Of a DNA stretch of 64,000 nt, positions 61,691 through 64,000 are shown piece by piece. Location of the stretch: positions 832,001 to 896,000 of the forward strand of contig CAWCKJ010000004.1 of NCBI GenBank assembly GCA_963796105.1. The letters are read 5' to 3'. The stretch is from a candidate division FCPU426 bacterium. GTDB lineage: Bacteria; Oederibacteriota; Muellerivitia; Muellerivitales; Muellerivitaceae. The notes beneath the pieces were generated by a model. It saw nothing but the letters and a program-made list of their open reading frames with translations. It did not search any database and was not told the origin of the DNA. Both the position numbers and the translations under genes were made by a program. Each line of letters begins with the position of its first letter. The stretch's first letter is position 1.

Positions 61691-61721
61691 AAAAAGCCCT
61701 GGGATTCTCAGGGCTTTTTTT
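61691..61721 (+). terminator. Intrinsic terminator
   Basis: AAAAAGCCCTG-GGATTCT-CAGGGCTTTTTTT. Confidence 0.8.
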
Positions 61722-61741
61722 ATTTTTCAGTATTGTCTAGC

Positions 61742-61795
61742 TGTCATTGCGATGAGTTGCCGATGAATAAGCGGCTGATAACGAAGAAGCAACCC
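61742..61795 (+). repeat. Half copy of the GTCATTGCGA REP-like element
   Basis: TGTCATTGCGA...GAAGCAACCC, as at 4914-4968. Confidence 0.6.
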
Positions 61796-61900
61796 AAGTT
61801 TAATAAAATCTTCCTAATCCTCTAAAATCGCTAAACATATCCCGGTTGAAGAGTAGAATATTCCCCACTTGTATTTCCCATTCCTCCCAAAGGATAAAAA

Positions 61901-63046
61901 ATGCCGACCTTTCAGGATGATCTCGACTTCCTCAAGAACCACACGGACATTCATGTCTTAACCGACGGCAAGGGCCATGAGGTGGCGGTGGCTCCAAAGC
62001 TCCAAGGGCGGGTCTTTACCAGCACTTTGGGGGGCTCCAAGGGGATGAGCTACGGCTGGATCAATAGGGTACTCATCGCTTCGGGAATATCCATGCCTCA
62101 CTTCAACGCCTATGGGGGGGAAGACCGTTTCTGGCTGGGGCCGGAAGGCGGTCAATACGCCCTGTTCTTCGCGCCAGGGACCCCCTTTGACCTGGAGCAC
62201 TCCTACGTTCCGGTCCCTTTTGACAAGGAGCCGTTCGAGGTCGTCGAAAAAGACAACAGGCGCATCCGCCATAGGAAAGAAATGACTCTTCCCAATTACG
62301 CCGGGTTCACATTCCAGGCGGAGCTGGACCGCAGGATTCACTTGCTGGGGGATGACCGGATCTATTCCGAGTTGGGATTGGAAGCGCCAGGCTTGTTCGC
62401 CGTGGGTTTTGAGTCGGTCAACCGATTGAAAAACACGGGAAAGGAAGCCTGGAAGAGGGAAAAGGGGCTGGTCTCCATTTGGATTCTCGGAATGTTCCAG
62501 CCTTCACCCTATTCCCGCGTGGTGATCCCATTCCTGGAGGGGCCGGAGAACGAATTGGGCTCCATTGTGAACGATTCCTATTTCGGGAAGGTCCCGGCGG
62601 ACCGCATCAAGGCGGGGAAGAACGCGGTATATTTCAGCGGGGATGGGCTTTGCCGAAGCAAGATCGGGATATCGCCCAAGAGGGCCAAGCCGGTCCTGGG
62701 TTCCTGGGACTCGAAAAACGGGGTCCTCACAGTGGTTCGTTATACCCTGCCGCATCCCCCTAAGGTTTACGTGAACTCCATGTGGGAAATCCAGAAGGAC
62801 CCTTACGGCGGGGACGTCGTGAACAGTTACAACGACGGGCCGCCGGAGCCGGGGAAGAAACCCCAAGGGCCATTTTATGAGTTGGAAACATCCTCCCCCG
62901 CAGGGGTCTTGGCTCCTGGGGAAACCCTGGAACATGTCCACAAGACTTACCATTTCACGGGCGACCGGGCGGCGTTGGACCGGACTTCGAAACAATTATT
63001 CGGCGCGGGGCTGGAGGAGATCGAGAAAGCCCTCCCGGTTAAATAG
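61901..63046 (+). CDS. Conserved hypothetical protein (DUF6786-like)
   Basis: QGRVFTST, GGEDRFWLGPEGGQ, YVNSMW, SYNDGP, GPFYELETSSP; family assigned from recall. Confidence 0.7.
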   Translation: MPTFQDDLDFLKNHTDIHVLTDGKGHEVAVAPKLQGRVFTSTLGGSKGMSYGWINRVLIASGISMPHFNAYGGEDRFWLGPEGGQYALFFAPGTPFDLEHSYVPVPFDKEPFEVVEKDNRRIRHRKEMTLPNYAGFTFQAELDRRIHLLGDDRIYSELGLEAPGLFAVGFESVNRLKNTGKEAWKREKGLVSIWILGMFQPSPYSRVVIPFLEGPENELGSIVNDSYFGKVPADRIKAGKNAVYFSGDGLCRSKIGISPKRAKPVLGSWDSKNGVLTVVRYTLPHPPKVYVNSMWEIQKDPYGGDVVNSYNDGPPEPGKKPQGPFYELETSSPAGVLAPGETLEHVHKTYHFTGDRAALDRTSKQLFGAGLEEIEKALPVK

Positions 63047-63221
63047 TTTCTTGGGACAAGTTTTTAAAGGGTGACAGGCTTGCTTTTCCGTTCTCCTGGG
63101 CCCCATCATATTGTGAAAACAAACATTTGTAATCTTTGCCACAGATTCAGGGGTACACTCAGATTGGCTAAAGTAAAAAGGCTTTAAATTTTTATGTTTA
63201 TTAAATCCCATGAATCCCATG

Positions 63222-63260
63222 CATGCCAGCCTTCCATAAATCTAATAAGGCGGCTGGTAT
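63222..63260 (+). repeat. Hairpin repeat, copy 1
   Basis: CATGCCAGCCTTCCATAA...GGCTGGTAT; copy 2 at 63960-63998. Confidence 0.7.
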
Positions 63261-63352
63261 CGTACCGATTTCATTAACTGCTTTATTGTGAATCGGCACA
63301 TTCGTGGCTAAGTTTATTTTTGGACGGTGTAAAAATTTTTGGTTTTTCCTTA

Positions 63353-63386
63353 CTGTACCTTTGTGGTTCCGAAGGAACCTGTGGTG
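63353..63386 (-). repeat. CACCACAG-hairpin-CACA dispersed repeat copy
   Basis: Revcomp is 31/34 identical to 9746-9779. Confidence 0.7.
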
Positions 63387-63427
63387 GATATAGTTTTTAT
63401 TAGTGTCTGTAACGAAAGGATTTAAGG

Positions 63428-63913
63428 ATGAAGTATTCGGAACGAGTTGAGAAGATCAAGGAATACGGGAACGTCGCAAGGGATCTGCCGGAAATCCTCG
63501 TGAAATTCCCGCGAACTATGTGGAATTACAAACCCGATCCGGGGCGATGGTGTGTGCACGAAATCCTCTTTCACCTTCTTGATACCGAGGCCAACCTCTA
63601 TGTCCGTTACCGCGCCGCCCTGGCCGAGCCGGGAAAAACAATTATGCCTTTCGACCAGGACCGCTGGTCCAAGGAGCTGGATTACAAGGGCAAGGATGTG
63701 GAATTCGCCATTGACGGGTTAAGGTGGATGATCCGCGCCAATACGGACCTTCTTTTAGCCCAGCCTGAGAAGGCGTTTGAACGCGATATCACTCACCCGG
63801 AACGGGGTTCCTTGACATTGGACCGCATGTTGGAAACCTATCTGGGCCATATTCCCCACCATATCGGGCAGATGAATAAACGCCTGACCGAATGGAAAGC
63901 ATTGGGAAATTAA
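63428..63913 (+). CDS. DinB family protein (YfiT-like)
   Basis: PGRW...EIL.HL.D.E, FDQD.W, HPERG, H..HH..Q metal-binding histidines. Confidence 0.85.
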   Translation: MKYSERVEKIKEYGNVARDLPEILVKFPRTMWNYKPDPGRWCVHEILFHLLDTEANLYVRYRAALAEPGKTIMPFDQDRWSKELDYKGKDVEFAIDGLRWMIRANTDLLLAQPEKAFERDITHPERGSLTLDRMLETYLGHIPHHIGQMNKRLTEWKALGN

Positions 63914-63959
63914 AAACTGGCAAAACTTCATTTTCACCACAGCGGTGCTACGCATCACA

Positions 63960-63998
63960 CATGCCAGCCTTCCATAAGTCTGTTTATGAGGCTGGTAT
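63960..63998 (+). repeat. Hairpin repeat, copy 2
   Basis: First 18 nt and last 9 nt identical to 63222-63260. Confidence 0.7.
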
Positions 63999-64000
63999 AG

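Overview
Chromosomal origin region of a diderm bacterium (LPS heptose epimerase, TonB-dependent receptor) of unclear lineage. The core is dnaA-dnaN with a split oriC (DnaA-box clusters on both sides of dnaA; DnaA-trio run plus AT-rich tract just upstream of dnaN), rpmH-rnpA-yidD-yidC-jag-mnmE-mnmG-rsmG with two parS sites, and recF-dciA-gyrB-gyrA. The order is rearranged: about 9 kb of cydAB, B12-uptake genes with a cobalamin riboswitch and an HTH gene separate dnaA from rpmH, recF-gyrA follows rsmG rather than dnaN, and parAB is absent from the window. The left 20 kb is accessory-rich. It holds the 5' half of a group II intron whose EBS1 pairs with its flanking exon, a GNAT/DUF1778 toxin-antitoxin pair between two similar imperfect direct repeats (the intron sits in one), a Cas4/RecB-like nuclease, an unassigned multi-stem structured sequence, a GH50-like hydrolase whose last 72 nt are duplicated with only synonymous changes across an AAA-ATPase gene, and an IS21 element inserted into a ~21.5/43-bp periodic non-coding array. 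Other notable items are an MrfA-MrfB-like helicase-exonuclease fusion, a degenerate (His-less) sensor kinase overlapping the end of gyrA, and a sigma70-HspR-like-DegP operon. All calls were made by eye from motifs; no searches were run.
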